From assembly GCA_963695875.1 (NCBI GenBank), contig CAVOID010000007.1, positions 1 to 64,000 on the forward strand: DNA of 64,000 bases, given 5' to 3'. Shown in pieces: positions 10,850 through 21,479 of the stretch; position 1 is the first letter of the stretch, and every line of letters starts with the position of its first letter. This DNA comes from an uncultured delta proteobacterium. GTDB lineage: Bacteria > Desulfobacterota > Syntrophia > Syntrophales > UBA2185. The notes under the pieces were generated by a model, which did no database searches, had not been told where the DNA came from, and saw only the letters and a list, made by a program, of their open reading frames with translations. Made by a program: the position numbers and the translations under genes.

Positions 10850-11278
10850 CTAATCACCAACACTGATTTTGACATCATAAGGAGCGGGACGACCTTCGGC
10901 CCTTTCCAACCAATCCCTCAAACTTAAAAGAAATGTAGCCCATTTGGTACTGCAATGGTGCATAAATTCTGAGGGTTTCTTCCAGTTGGCGTGCGAGAAT
11001 AGGACAAAAGTTTGATCCTTTTTGGCTTTCAACTGAAAGGTCAAGTCTGTACCGAGCCACTCCTTAGGCCCCTTCACGCATTTCCATTTCACTAGTTTGT
11101 TAGGCTTTAACTCTACAACTCTCATGTCGGCGAACCCGAAGTGAATAATTCCACCTTGCTTGGCGTTCCCCTTAGTACCCACAATCCACCAATGAGAAAT
11201 TCCATCAATAGTGGAAAGCGCCTCAAAAACCTTTTTGGGTGTGGATCTAATTCCAACGCTGTGAAGAATATCAGGCAT
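10850..11278 (-). CDS. SRPBCC/AHSA1 domain protein
   Basis: KVFEAL..WW, EWLGT, HCSTKWATFLLSL. Confidence 0.85.
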   Translation of the reverse strand: MPDILHSVGIRSTPKKVFEALSTIDGISHWWIVGTKGNAKQGGIIHFGFADMRVVELKPNKLVKWKCVKGPKEWLGTDLTFQLKAKKDQTFVLFSHANWKKPSEFMHHCSTKWATFLLSLRDWLERAEGRPAPYDVKISVGD

Positions 11279-11318
11279 GGCTTCCCCTCCTTTCTCGGCG
11301 ATAAGCACCTTTTTCGAT

Positions 11319-12098
11319 TCAGTATGTCAGACCTTTCTCTTTTGGCAAACACCACACTTCTTTGATTTTGCAAAGTCGTGCAAGCATCTCTTCGTACTCT
11401 TTATTAATAGCTGCTCTTTCCGTCAGGCCGAGAAACTGGATGATGTATCCATGGGGGCCGGGCATTATAACAAAGGGATACATGCCACCGAGCTTCCCGC
11501 CGCCTATGTCTTCATTGGTTATATTGGGGGCGTAGTACATGACGTGTGGCACGTTAAGGGTGACGACACTGTCGATTTCTTCCGGATTGAAGTACGTTCT
11601 CAGCACTGGAGACAGCATGTCTGAGATACCGACTCGTTCCGGCGCTTTATAGTATCCTGATTTGTAACGGTCTTTTATGATTTTCTTTAGTTCTCCGGGA
11701 GGAGTACCCTTGGCCTGCATTTCTGCTGCGTCAAAGAAGACCCGCATCTGCGCCTTGGCTCCCGCTTTGTCAAAGGAAACCGGGTAGAGAATATCATCTC
11801 TATATTCCGTTAAGGGCCAGGACCCCCTGAACGTATCATCGCCGGTTCGAGCAACAAAAGTGTGGAATCCATTAGTGCCCTTACGGGCGACTTCGAAACC
11901 CTTGTCGGGGTTTAAAACATATACGGTTGCATTGTCTCTGAGGTGGGGCGGCAGCGCGCTTAGCGCAAGCTGAATTTCCAGATCTCGCGGCAATGGCGCG
12001 ATTTTCTTCGTCACCTCAAGAGCCTGTTTATCTTCCGCGCCCGCTGCAAGCGAGAATAATAGAACTGAAATTATTGCAATTATCTGTACCTTTCTCAT
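11319..12098 (-). CDS. secreted hypothetical protein
   Basis: Signal peptide; ALSALPPHLRD.ATVYVL and PHVMYYAPN motifs. Confidence 0.75.
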   Translation of the reverse strand: MRKVQIIAIISVLLFSLAAGAEDKQALEVTKKIAPLPRDLEIQLALSALPPHLRDNATVYVLNPDKGFEVARKGTNGFHTFVARTGDDTFRGSWPLTEYRDDILYPVSFDKAGAKAQMRVFFDAAEMQAKGTPPGELKKIIKDRYKSGYYKAPERVGISDMLSPVLRTYFNPEEIDSVVTLNVPHVMYYAPNITNEDIGGGKLGGMYPFVIMPGPHGYIIQFLGLTERAAINKEYEEMLARLCKIKEVWCLPKEKGLTY

Positions 12099-12112
12099 AT
12101 TGACCTCCCGCC

Positions 12113-12472
12113 TCACATGCCTGTCTTTGACTGCCACAGTCCAAATGTAGCGCCATTTGGATCTGTAATGACACTAAACCACCCCATGTCCGGAACCTCG
12201 GTGACGTCCTTGCAGATCGTTGCCCCCAGGGACTTCGCCTTTTTGGTCGAGGCTCTCACGTCATCGACCAGGATGTACGGAAGCCAATTGTCCGGAATGC
12301 CGGGATCGGGCTTCTTCATCATGCCTCCGCCCGTTCCTTCGCCGACCATGATAATTGTGTAGTCCATGCCCGGAATTTCTTCCAGCTTCCAGTTGAACAA
12401 GCTGGTGTAGAACTTTTTCGATTTCTCCAGGTCTTGCGTCGCCAATTCAACGTGAACAAATGGATTTGCCAT
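12113..12472 (-). CDS. VOC/glyoxalase family protein
   Basis: FVHVEL, GGGMM, WLPYILVDD, DPNGATFGLWQ. Confidence 0.9.
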   Translation of the reverse strand: MANPFVHVELATQDLEKSKKFYTSLFNWKLEEIPGMDYTIIMVGEGTGGGMMKKPDPGIPDNWLPYILVDDVRASTKKAKSLGATICKDVTEVPDMGWFSVITDPNGATFGLWQSKTGM

Positions 12473-12539
12473 ATCGCACCTCCCGTCAAGTTTTTTATGT
12501 CCGCAACCCCCACTAGGCAGGGGCCAAGAATGCGCTTGG

Positions 12540-13043
12540 TTATTTCTGCTCATATGCCCGCTTTAAGGTTTTTATGTCGATCTTTTTCATTTGCAGCATT
12601 GCCTTCATAACCCTTCCCGATTTCTCAGCATCCCTGTCTTGTAACATCTCTACTAAGACAGTGGGAACGATTTGCCATGATACGCTATACTTGTCTTTCA
12701 GCCAGCCGCATTGCTGCGCCTTTTCATCTCCGCCTTCGGAAAGTTTTTCCCAGTAATAATCTGCCTCCTCTTGCGTCTTGCAATGCACTTGAAACGAAAT
12801 GGCTTCGTTGAATTTGAATATCGGACCACCGTTGAGTGCTGTAAATATCTGACCTTCGACCTCGAATTCCACGGTCATGACCGTTCCCGCCGGTCTTCCA
12901 TGAATCTCATAGCCCTCTTTTCCATAGCGGGCAATTCTTCCGATCTTTGAGTTTTTAAAGATAGAGACGTAAAAATTAGCCGCCTCTTCGGCTTGGTTAT
13001 CGAACCATAAACATGGTGTGATTTTTTGAGTGGCGCTTTGCAT
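12540..13043 (-). CDS. PhnB-like VOC protein
   Basis: ITPCLWFD.QAEEA, ALNGGP, CGWLKDKY.VSWQ. Confidence 0.9.
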   Translation of the reverse strand: MQSATQKITPCLWFDNQAEEAANFYVSIFKNSKIGRIARYGKEGYEIHGRPAGTVMTVEFEVEGQIFTALNGGPIFKFNEAISFQVHCKTQEEADYYWEKLSEGGDEKAQQCGWLKDKYSVSWQIVPTVLVEMLQDRDAEKSGRVMKAMLQMKKIDIKTLKRAYEQK

Positions 13044-13323
13044 GGTGTCCCTCCTCAAGAATGAGTTTCTTAGCTTCGTCATCTTTTTTTATACACAACG
13101 AATTCCTGAGCTAAACAAACATTCTTCCTCCATATCGACCCCACCTTGACTATTTTCTGATCATGTGACTCCCTCATTTGATGATGTAAAACAATAGGGA
13201 TTGTTAAGTAGAGGAATGGTAGGCAAAAACTGATAACAAGGGATGATATTCAGCCTTAAGACATAACTTCTTACGGTAAGAGTATATGAAGAATGGTCTT
13301 GTGTCGATGGAACATCAATGACA

Positions 13324-13453
13324 GATTACCGTTTGAAGGGTTGTATGATTGAGAAATCCATCGGGTCATTGACAACAGGAAGGAGTGCTTGATGAAAACA
13401 CCTACAAAGCGAGAGTTTCCGATTTTCAATTGACTTGATGAATACCACTTGTA
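13324..13453 (+). repeat. A-N36-B followed by C-N36-A (130 bp)
   Basis: GATTACCGTTTGAA, N36, AACAGGAAG (13374-82); CCTAC 13401-05, N36, ATACCACTTGTA. Confidence 0.8.
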
Positions 13454-13762
13454 ACGGGCATTTATTAAAGCAGGCATAGCTATCGCGAAGATTGCAAAAA
13501 TAAATATGCCGGCTAATCAGTTGTTGGGTTTAAGGTCGCCACCTAAAAGGCAGGAAAAGGTTATATAGGTACTGAAAGCCTCTCTTAGTTTCAAACCTGA
13601 TTTGTCCAAAACTATATGAAAACTTCAAGAATCCTGCCTACCGAAGACGGTGCTATGAGTTTTAAATCCCTGACAACATGATTATTTGTTTCCATAACTA
13701 TCTCTCTGTATTTTTTATATTAATGACCGAAAAAACATTCAAAGAGAAATATCCGCTCCAGT

Positions 13763-14485
13763 CTATATTTTCATATGTCTCAATGCCCTGCATGGCTGAC
13801 ACATGAAATCCTTCAAACCGTAAACGACAAGGCTTTCATCGGACTTTCTCACCGATATCTCTTCACCCACTTCGAGACAGTCCGTTTCGTCTGCGTTGTC
13901 GTAAACTACTACGACCGGGCCGCGTGTAACCTTTATTCTTATGACAGAATACTCAGGGACGACAATATGGGTTGAATGATCCCTTGAATTGCTTAATGCA
14001 AGACCAATCCCGGATCTGAAAATACAATTAGTAATGTTTCTGAAATATGCGGTGCTGCCGTGAGGAGTGGCAATCCCGATGCCGTCATTCATGTCCTCCT
14101 TCAGATATAGTTCGTCATCAATCCAGACGCTGCACCGTATTGCCCTGTTCCTGTTATAGTTGTGAATAAAAATATCATTCAGTGCGGTAATTTTTTTATT
14201 CCTGAAAAATCCGTTAATCTTGATCAGCTCGCTTTTTTCAAGTTTTCCGGAAGCAAGACGTTCTACGAGGTCTCTGATATTATGCGCAGCGCAAAGCGGT
14301 CCAGTCCTGCTGTCCCGGAGAGGAAACTTCGGCAGGCCAGGGAAAGCTCTCTCAGACGACAAAAACGTACCATCCCCTCCGTATGCTATGACAGCATCGG
14401 GGGATTTGTCCGAGATTTCTATTCCGCATTGTTCGAGGACAGGAACAATGTCTTCTTTATATCGACTTACAACTGCAACTTTCAT
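13763..14485 (-). CDS. NAD kinase-like protein
   Basis: GGDGTFL, ALND, DG...ATPHGSTAY. Confidence 0.85.
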   Translation of the reverse strand: MKVAVVSRYKEDIVPVLEQCGIEISDKSPDAVIAYGGDGTFLSSERAFPGLPKFPLRDSRTGPLCAAHNIRDLVERLASGKLEKSELIKINGFFRNKKITALNDIFIHNYNRNRAIRCSVWIDDELYLKEDMNDGIGIATPHGSTAYFRNITNCIFRSGIGLALSNSRDHSTHIVVPEYSVIRIKVTRGPVVVVYDNADETDCLEVGEEISVRKSDESLVVYGLKDFMCQPCRALRHMKI

Positions 14486-14533
14486 AATGATATAGAAAAT
14501 AGCCCCAAAAAACTACTACACTTACCTTATGTC

Positions 14534-14767
14534 GATTACAAGTTGAAATATTGGATAAATAGATGCAAATGGAAAACCAACATAACAGGAAGCTATACTC
14601 AGAAAGAACTTCAGCAAAAATACATAGTATGAAATCATCATATTTTTAAGAATAATTACCATTATCTTAAAGATAATCGGTAGTCGTGAAAGAATTCTTG
14701 CAACACTTGTTAACACCTACAAACAAACGGACTCAAGTCGGTTAAAGTTCATCGACTACCGATGAAA
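14534..14767 (+). repeat. A-N36-B, X palindrome, C-N35-A
   Basis: GATTACAAGTTGAA, N36, AACAGGAAG; X at 14645-72 (TTTAAGAATAA-TTACCA-TTATCTTAAAG); CCTAC 14716-20; GACTACCGATGAAA. Confidence 0.8.
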
Positions 14768-14904
14768 ACAAGTGATAGCCACTCCCTTGATCCACCACCA
14801 GCTTCTGATGGACGAAGCGGCAGAAATGGCAGTGCTTGCAAGAGAAGTCCAGGAGATACAAATAAAGATAGCTGAGGGAGTAGTCGCAAGCGGCCCGCCG
14901 CACA

Positions 14905-15479
14905 TCAGAATGGATTGTAGGTCCTGGTCTTGGTGTAGTGCATGTAGCCTATGCTTGCGCCAGCGCGCAGGCCCACGCCCAGCCGTATCGGCGCGAGGAT
15001 GACTTTATCGCGCTGCTGGTAATTGATGCCCGCGCCACCGACGAAGTAGAAGCTGCCGTCCACCGCCGGGTAACGCCGGAACAACTGCTCGCTGTTGTCG
15101 AGGTGATAGACCAACACGAAAACCTTGGCTGCATTGCCGCCGTAGTCAAAGCCGATGGAGGGGCCGCTCCAGTAAACCTTGCGACTCTCGCCGCTCTTGC
15201 GCATCAGCGTGCCGTCACCGTAACGCAGTCCCACCGTCAATGGCGCCGCTTCGCCTCCTGACCCTTGATATAGGCGTTCGGTCTGCCGTAGTCCTTAAAT
15301 GCTTTCTCGATTACTTTCGCAAGTCCTTCAGTGCTCTTGCCAAAAAATTCAGTGGCATCTTTGAGCACGGAATCCTGGTCGTAGGTATCGGCATCCTTGT
15401 TCTCAGCGGCTAAAGCAGGTACCACGGATAGCGCCACAGTGAGCATGATTGCCAGTAACTTAAGCATGAGTTTAGTCAT
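14905..15479 (-). pseudogene. DUF1134/EipA family protein, frameshifted near 15240
   Basis: GRPNAYI.GQE, then VGLRYGDG..YWSGPSIGFD and LAPIRLGVGLRAG in another frame. Confidence 0.85.
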
Positions 15480-15612
15480 CGTCTTCCTCCTGGGTTGAAA
15501 CTAGCGTTTGTTTGATATTTGACAAGAATCCGCTTCTTGGCGATCCAAATTTATCAAAAGAGTAGTTATTGTGTCAAGAAAAGATGGCCACAAAATGTGG
15601 GGGTGCTGATGA

Positions 15613-15834
15613 TATTTCCGATTGAAATGTAGCATGGTTAGGGAGAAATCAAGATTAACTCTCATAGGAAGAAAGTATCTGAGAAGAAGCTTCTGTTATG
15701 TGAGAGATGAAACACCGGATCGGCATAAGGGTGGTAGATTTAGCAGTTCCGAAAAAATGGTTATTGAAATTGCGTGTTACACCTACTACTGTTCAGTGGT
15801 TGAAAGTTGTCAGAAATGATAATTACCATTTGAA
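15613..15834 (+). repeat. A-N36-B ... C-N36-A
   Basis: TTTCCGATTGAA, N36, CATAGGAAG; CCTAC 15782-86, N36, TTACCATTTGAA. Confidence 0.75.
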
Positions 15835-15904
15835 TTGTAGTATACGATATTGCTAATGAACCAAGCGAAGATTCCTCGCATTCCTTAAAAGGATTCTATG
15901 CGGA

Positions 15905-17419
15905 TCAGTGTGTGAGACAGGCGTTCACTGCCGCGGATTTTTCGCCCATTATTACTTCGCCAAATTTATTAAGCACAAGAAAGCTCTGTAGATTTTCCCA
16001 TTTGTCTTTTTTATGGGCTGACTCGGAAAAATAGCTCTGTACGTCCACGTCTACATCGCCGTTGCCCTTGCTGTGTACAGCGGCCTCTACTATAAAGTGC
16101 CGCTCCGCTGAGCCACTACCTATTAATACCTGTCGGTCCAGTGTCAGATTGACGATGTTTACATCATTGCTGTCTTTGACCGGTTTGCCTGCTTCATTAA
16201 AAACGCGTATCATTTCATTACGCAAGTCTTGCGAAAAACGTATTCCAGCCGGTCCAAGCGACTTAGCACGGGCGTAGACCTCTTCCATTGCACAACCAAG
16301 CGCTTTCTGCCAGCCCCTCTGCGCCTTTTCAGCTTTAGCTTTGAATTCCCCTGAACCTACAGGATCAATTTGGGGAATACCTTTCAAGGTTGAAAGGGGA
16401 TTATGTCGATTCTGTTCATCTAGTTGACGGTCGCTCTCTGCTGCTTTTTGAAGCATTTCTTCCTTTGCGTGCATTCGCTGTTTTGATATTTCATCGACCG
16501 GGCGCATCACCTGCTGGTTGTCCTGAAGAGACCGTACTTGTTTTTGCTCTTGTTGTTCATTGGAAGCACTGGATGAGGTTACAGGAGGAACGGCTGTTTT
16601 GGCCTTCATCGCTGCAGGTTTTGCCTCATGCGTCTGTATTTTATCCTTCACCACATTAGGGTCAACAACATAGGGAGCTTTTTTGTCGCTTAAGTCAACG
16701 ATGTTCTGGTCGCCCATGATTAGTGGCAGAGCATCGCCTGGATTAGCAGGAGCCACCGCGGTCGCCGAATAACCCTGCCGTGGTCTTAAATCAACAACTT
16801 TTGAATCATTATTAACGCTGGTAGCTGAGCCACCCAAGCCAAAAAATGACGTCCCTTGAGGGCGAAGGCCGTCGTCACCATCTCCCAGCATTAAGGGAAG
16901 ACTATGCCCTTGACCATCAAATCCTTCTGAGAGCTGGAGCTGTGAGGAAAGACGATCATATTGCTCCTGCCGCTTACGGGCCTCCTCAGCCGCTCGTATG
17001 CGGGCTTCTTCCTCAGCCCTTTGGCGGGCTATTTCGGCTTGCCTTGGGGCTTCGGCGGCCATTGCAGCTGCCTCCGCCCGTTTACGAGCTTCTTCCTGAG
17101 GATCACCGAACAGCGCCTTGCCGATTGACTGCCCAATGCTGTATCCAAGGCCATAAAAGGGTTGGTAAAGCCCACCAACGGCTGCACCGCCGCCACCGGA
17201 GGAAGAGCCTCCTTTCCGCTCGCTCATGCATTGGTTGTAGCAGAGCTGGTAATTACACCACTTAGATTCAACAGGATGGAAACTACCCCCGACACTTCTA
17301 CAGTCGCAGGGTGCAGCTGCGCAGCCCCCTTGTATATCGCCAGCGTATGTTAAGTTCATGGTTAGAGTAGTACATAATATAACTAAGCTTGAGATAAACA
17401 ATTTTTTCTTCATCTTCAT
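15905..17419 (-). CDS. secreted hypothetical protein with Cys-rich N-terminus and coiled coil
   Basis: Signal peptide, six N-terminal Cys, Gly linker, E/A/R-rich coil. Confidence 0.75.
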   Translation of the reverse strand: MKMKKKLFISSLVILCTTLTMNLTYAGDIQGGCAAAPCDCRSVGGSFHPVESKWCNYQLCYNQCMSERKGGSSSGGGGAAVGGLYQPFYGLGYSIGQSIGKALFGDPQEEARKRAEAAAMAAEAPRQAEIARQRAEEEARIRAAEEARKRQEQYDRLSSQLQLSEGFDGQGHSLPLMLGDGDDGLRPQGTSFFGLGGSATSVNNDSKVVDLRPRQGYSATAVAPANPGDALPLIMGDQNIVDLSDKKAPYVVDPNVVKDKIQTHEAKPAAMKAKTAVPPVTSSSASNEQQEQKQVRSLQDNQQVMRPVDEISKQRMHAKEEMLQKAAESDRQLDEQNRHNPLSTLKGIPQIDPVGSGEFKAKAEKAQRGWQKALGCAMEEVYARAKSLGPAGIRFSQDLRNEMIRVFNEAGKPVKDSNDVNIVNLTLDRQVLIGSGSAERHFIVEAAVHSKGNGDVDVDVQSYFSESAHKKDKWENLQSFLVLNKFGEVIMGEKSAAVNACLTH

Positions 17420-17468
17420 GCTCCTCTCATTTGTCTTCTTCTATCGACTTCTTTCTTACAGCCGCCTT

Positions 17469-18458
17469 TTATTTTACTCTTCTTTTAGGTGTCTCCGGCT
17501 CCTGCATGGCTTCTGAGGGGGATGGCGTCTCCTTTGCCTTTTCCTCCCAGAGGTACATCTTCTCCCGCGCAACTTTGGCGTTTGCGGCATCGGGAACGAG
17601 TTCCAGATAACGTTTCATATATAAGGCAGCCCATTTGTACCTCTGCAATTCTCCTGCAAGCATAGCGGCATTAAACTGCCCCTGCGGCCACAAAGGTTCA
17701 ATGGTCAATCCTTTTCTGTAATACTCAAGAGCTTTTTCAAAGTCTTTATTATTGAACGCGTCCTCAGCCACTACCCGGTATCGCTGCACATCTTCGGGCA
17801 GGGCGGGCTTCACCAGCAACTCGCGATACCTCTTGGCTTCATTTGCGAATGCGGTCTCTTCCACTTTCCGTCTAGCCTCCTCTGACTGCCTCCTGGCTTC
17901 CTCTTCTATCTTCAAGCAAAGATCTTCTATTGCATATTTCATAGCCTTGTTAATTGACACGCTGTCAGTCTCCGCAGTAAACCTGCTACCCACTCCCTTT
18001 ACGATGCCTTGTCCAGAGAAATTACCAAGATCCAACCCATCTTTGGAAATCAAAGTTGCGTGCATATTAACTATGTAATCAAAATAATCGTAGTTAGTTA
18101 AATGGTATCTAACATCAACATTCAATATACTATCCGATGGGCTATCAAGAACAGAGTGAAATATATTACGTGTATTTAGATATGTTATGAGTATTTCCTT
18201 TAAAGACTCCCTATTCACAAATATCGGAGTAGTAGAATTTGGATTTTCTTGTTTAACTTCTTTAAGTTCTACTCGCACTGAAAGCGGTAATTGAACCATG
18301 CTTTTTGACTCAGCCTGAAAAGGCGTAATCGTTATAGTACGGGAAAAAGCACAGCCCGTCATCAGTAAGCCAATCAAAAGGTAAACGCATATTTTCCATA
18401 AGGAACGGCCTCGCCTCCCCGTCACTCTATTAATACCAAAAAGGCTTAAATAATTCAT
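17469..18458 (-). CDS. lipoprotein with C-terminal TPR domain
   Basis: LMTGC lipobox; TPR-like C-terminus. Confidence 0.8.
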   Translation of the reverse strand: MNYLSLFGINRVTGRRGRSLWKICVYLLIGLLMTGCAFSRTITITPFQAESKSMVQLPLSVRVELKEVKQENPNSTTPIFVNRESLKEILITYLNTRNIFHSVLDSPSDSILNVDVRYHLTNYDYFDYIVNMHATLISKDGLDLGNFSGQGIVKGVGSRFTAETDSVSINKAMKYAIEDLCLKIEEEARRQSEEARRKVEETAFANEAKRYRELLVKPALPEDVQRYRVVAEDAFNNKDFEKALEYYRKGLTIEPLWPQGQFNAAMLAGELQRYKWAALYMKRYLELVPDAANAKVAREKMYLWEEKAKETPSPSEAMQEPETPKRRVK

Positions 18459-18459
18459 T

Positions 18460-19419
18460 TCATTTGCCCTCCACCGTCAACTTTTGTTGCATCTCCTCCT
18501 CCGCCTTTCCCTCCCAGAGATACATTTTCTCACGCCCGATGTTGGCGTTCTTGGCGTCGGGAACGAGTTCCAGATAATGTTTCATATATAATGCGGCCCA
18601 GTCGTACCAACGCAATTCACCTGCAAGCATAGCGGCATTGAACTGCCCCTGCGGCCACAAAGGTTCGATTGCCAACCCCTTACTGTAGTACTCGAGAGCT
18701 TTCTCAAAGTTCTTATTATTGAAAGCATCTTCAGCCATTACTCGGTATCGCTGAACATCTTCGGGCAGGGCCGGCTTCACCGGCATCTCGCGGTATCTCT
18801 CTGCCTTTTTTGCGAATGCGGCCTCGGCAGCAAGATCATCCCCGGGTGCGGCTGGTGTGTAACCTTCAGCGCAGCGTTTGAGCACATAGAACGCATTCGC
18901 CAAAGAAACTGCGTCATCCTTATTCATTGTGCCGAAATCAATATCGTTTCTATAGTATCTGGATTCACCCAAAGTGGGTGTGCCTTTAGCCTCGACCTCT
19001 ATATTGCCCAGGAATACGTAAAATATTCCGCTACCCCCCTTTCTGACACTAACGTTCATTGATTTAAAATATGACGTACAGAAATTATGTATGTAATTGT
19101 TACTATCAAACTCAATAGAAGGTCTCCAATAGTCATCCCAAGCTACTTTGTCGGAACCTATTTTAATGCTATTAATTAAATGAGTGCCGCCATAAGTGTA
19201 GCCGCCTGTCTTCCTAGTTGTGTTCCTATCGTCGACACGATACATCACCGTGAGTTTTTTCATAGACTCTATTTTTTTGTGCGCCCGCGAACACGACATC
19301 ATCGTTATCGTTGAGTCTTTTGGCTGATAAACGACTTCCAAATCAGCAGCCATGCTCGGTTGAATACTGACAAGTAACGTCATGACGGCTACTGCCAGGA
19401 TAAACAATTTTTTCTTCAT
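18460..19419 (-). CDS. secreted protein with C-terminal TPR domain
   Basis: Signal peptide; C-terminus nearly identical to both neighbours. Confidence 0.8.
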   Translation of the reverse strand: MKKKLFILAVAVMTLLVSIQPSMAADLEVVYQPKDSTITMMSCSRAHKKIESMKKLTVMYRVDDRNTTRKTGGYTYGGTHLINSIKIGSDKVAWDDYWRPSIEFDSNNYIHNFCTSYFKSMNVSVRKGGSGIFYVFLGNIEVEAKGTPTLGESRYYRNDIDFGTMNKDDAVSLANAFYVLKRCAEGYTPAAPGDDLAAEAAFAKKAERYREMPVKPALPEDVQRYRVMAEDAFNNKNFEKALEYYSKGLAIEPLWPQGQFNAAMLAGELRWYDWAALYMKHYLELVPDAKNANIGREKMYLWEGKAEEEMQQKLTVEGK

Positions 19420-19432
19420 CTTGATACTCCTT

Positions 19433-20380
19433 TCATTCGCCCGCACCCGTCAGCTTCTGCTGCTCCTCCTTAGCCTTTTCCTCCCAGAGGTACATCTTCT
19501 CCCGCGCAGCGTTGGCGTTCTTGGCATCGGGAACGAGTTCCAGGTAACGTTTCATATATAAGGCGGCCCATTTGTACGAGTGCAATTCACCTGCCAGCAT
19601 AGCGGCATTGAACTGCCCCTGCGGCCACAAAGGTTCAATTGCCAACCCTTTTCTGTAGTAATCGAGAGCCTTCTTGAAGTCTTTATTATTGAACGCGTCC
19701 TCAGCCACTACCCGGCATCGCTGCACATCTTCTGGCATCGCCGGTTTCACCGGCATCTCTCGGTACCTCTTAGCTCCATTTGCAAATGCTGCCGAGAAAG
19801 CAGGATCTTCAGGGGTGTAGCCTTCGGCGTAGCGCTTGAGCACATAGAAGGCGTTGACCAAAGAGACGGCTTCATCCTTTCTAAGTGCATCCCAAAAAGA
19901 AGCATTACCTTCATGAGTGTATCTGTGCTTCCCAGTCTCATAATGCACAGGCTCACCACCACCCAGTAATACATTGTATGTCCCATACGTACTTTTCACA
20001 ACATTAGGGTCCATCGATTTTAAATATGATGTATATGACCACACTACCTCCGGGTAATTCTTAGTAAAAGTTATCTTGTCGGAACTTATTTTAATGTCCT
20101 TGAGTATAGTGGCGTTATAGGTATAGTCAGTATATCCGGGAGGAATCGGAAGGCGGCGGTTTTCCATAGACTCTATTCTTCTTTTCGCCTGCGAATATGA
20201 CATCATTAGCAACAAGTCGTCATTCGGCGCATAAACTACTTTGTCTTCTTTATTGCCAGCAGCTAAACTCGGTTGAATACCGACAAGTAGGGTCATGAGG
20301 GATAATACCAGGGACAGATACGCAATAGCGTACAAATGGAAACGAAATGGTTTCATAAAAGCCTCCTTTATCGACCCCAT
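19433..20380 (-). CDS. secreted protein with C-terminal TPR domain
   Basis: Signal peptide; paralog of 18460-19419. Confidence 0.8.
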   Translation of the reverse strand: MGSIKEAFMKPFRFHLYAIAYLSLVLSLMTLLVGIQPSLAAGNKEDKVVYAPNDDLLLMMSYSQAKRRIESMENRRLPIPPGYTDYTYNATILKDIKISSDKITFTKNYPEVVWSYTSYLKSMDPNVVKSTYGTYNVLLGGGEPVHYETGKHRYTHEGNASFWDALRKDEAVSLVNAFYVLKRYAEGYTPEDPAFSAAFANGAKRYREMPVKPAMPEDVQRCRVVAEDAFNNKDFKKALDYYRKGLAIEPLWPQGQFNAAMLAGELHSYKWAALYMKRYLELVPDAKNANAAREKMYLWEEKAKEEQQKLTGAGE

Positions 20381-20685
20381 ATGTTAATATTTTTTGATAA
20401 GACATTATTTTCTGACAACATATATTGCATATAAAACAGGTTGATCAGATATGGCTGCGTTATCATACCCCCGCACTTATCGTAACATATTACCCATTCA
20501 TCTTTATAATATAAATTTATTTACGTGATAATACTCTTATAAACATCATTAAGACGCAGCGATTTTTATCTTAACAGTCTCTACTAAACAAAATCACTCA
20601 TACTTACCTATAGTTTCATTATCGTCATATTTTTTCAAATATTGAGGGACATTTAATAATTAATCAGGATAAATTTCAGAAAACA

Positions 20686-20716
20686 GAAGGCAGGTTCGAT
20701 TGACTCTGCCTTTTTT
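20686..20716 (+). terminator. intrinsic terminator hairpin
   Basis: AAGGCAG...CTGCCTT followed by a T run; related to hairpins at 43011 and 45660. Confidence 0.6.
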
Positions 20717-20731
20717 ATTTACCAGATTACT

Positions 20732-20790
20732 GATTAACGATTGTAATCTTCTATCTATTGCTGAAATCAAATTTTATCGCTTTCAGGAAG
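20732..20790 (+). repeat. A-N36-B site
   Basis: GATTAACGATTGTA, N36, TTCAGGAAG. Confidence 0.75.
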
Positions 20791-20840
20791 ATATCAAGGC
20801 TGTACTATATGTGCTAACAGAAAACTTGATGAAATACCGG

Positions 20841-21446
20841 GTCGGCCTAAGGGTCTTAGGAAGCCAACCGAAAATGGCACTTTAAAAAAGTTGTTTTCAG
20901 CTACTAAAGGTGAAACCGAGATTGTCAAGCTTTCCAATCTTTAAATTTATTTTTAACTCTTTATTAATTCTTCTAATTTTTCAACTTTTTCGTTTAGAGT
21001 AAAAACTAATTTTTCCAAAAGGTCTATTCTATTATAAAGTTTCCTTGCGATTTGTTTCTCGCAAAAAACGATAATCTCTTTCTCTTTTGTGCCAGTCACG
21101 TTTCCGTCCATAGATTGCCTCCATGTCCAGTCTAAAAATTAATATATGAATCAACTTTTCCTGCTGGTCTTGGTCGTAAACAGGGATATCTGCTGTTTCA
21201 CCTTCTTGCTTTTGCATTTCGGACATGTGGCTTTGCCCTTATCATGTTCGCTGAAACTCTGTATCAATGAAAACTCTTTTTTGCAGGCTTCGCAAAGATA
21301 CTCATACGTTGGCATGCTTTCACCTCCACATTAGGATTATTTATATTGCTATTTTTGATTTATATTTTAATTAAATGAGATATATTGTCAACTTCAGTAT
21401 TTCCAAGTTTTGATCTTAATATACCACACCTAAGTCATTTATTAAA
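20841..21446. repeat. ~600-bp direct repeat, copy 1 (copy 2 at 34328-34931)
   Basis: Near-identical sequence by direct reading. Confidence 0.95.
21151..21315 (-). CDS. FmdB-family zinc ribbon protein
   Basis: MPTYEYLCEACKKEF...CPKC; GGAGG RBS. Confidence 0.85.
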   Translation of the reverse strand: MPTYEYLCEACKKEFSLIQSFSEHDKGKATCPKCKSKKVKQQISLFTTKTSRKS

Positions 21447-21479
21447 GAATGCTTAAACCGGAAGAACAGGGGGCCTGAT

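Noticed and set aside
13324..13453. CRISPR array (36-bp spacers, TTGAAA-like ends)
   Set aside because: The motifs are short, degenerate and alternating, and are dispersed over kilobases; there are no tandem identical repeats and no cas genes.
14698..14720. Motif C as a GTAG-type REP
   Set aside because: No GC-rich hairpin follows GTAGG, the copies are not paired, and there is no RAYT gene.
21032..21226. 64-aa ORF MSEMQKQ (and its copy at 34517-34711)
   Set aside because: It overlaps the better-supported FmdB and downstream ORFs, which have their own RBSs.
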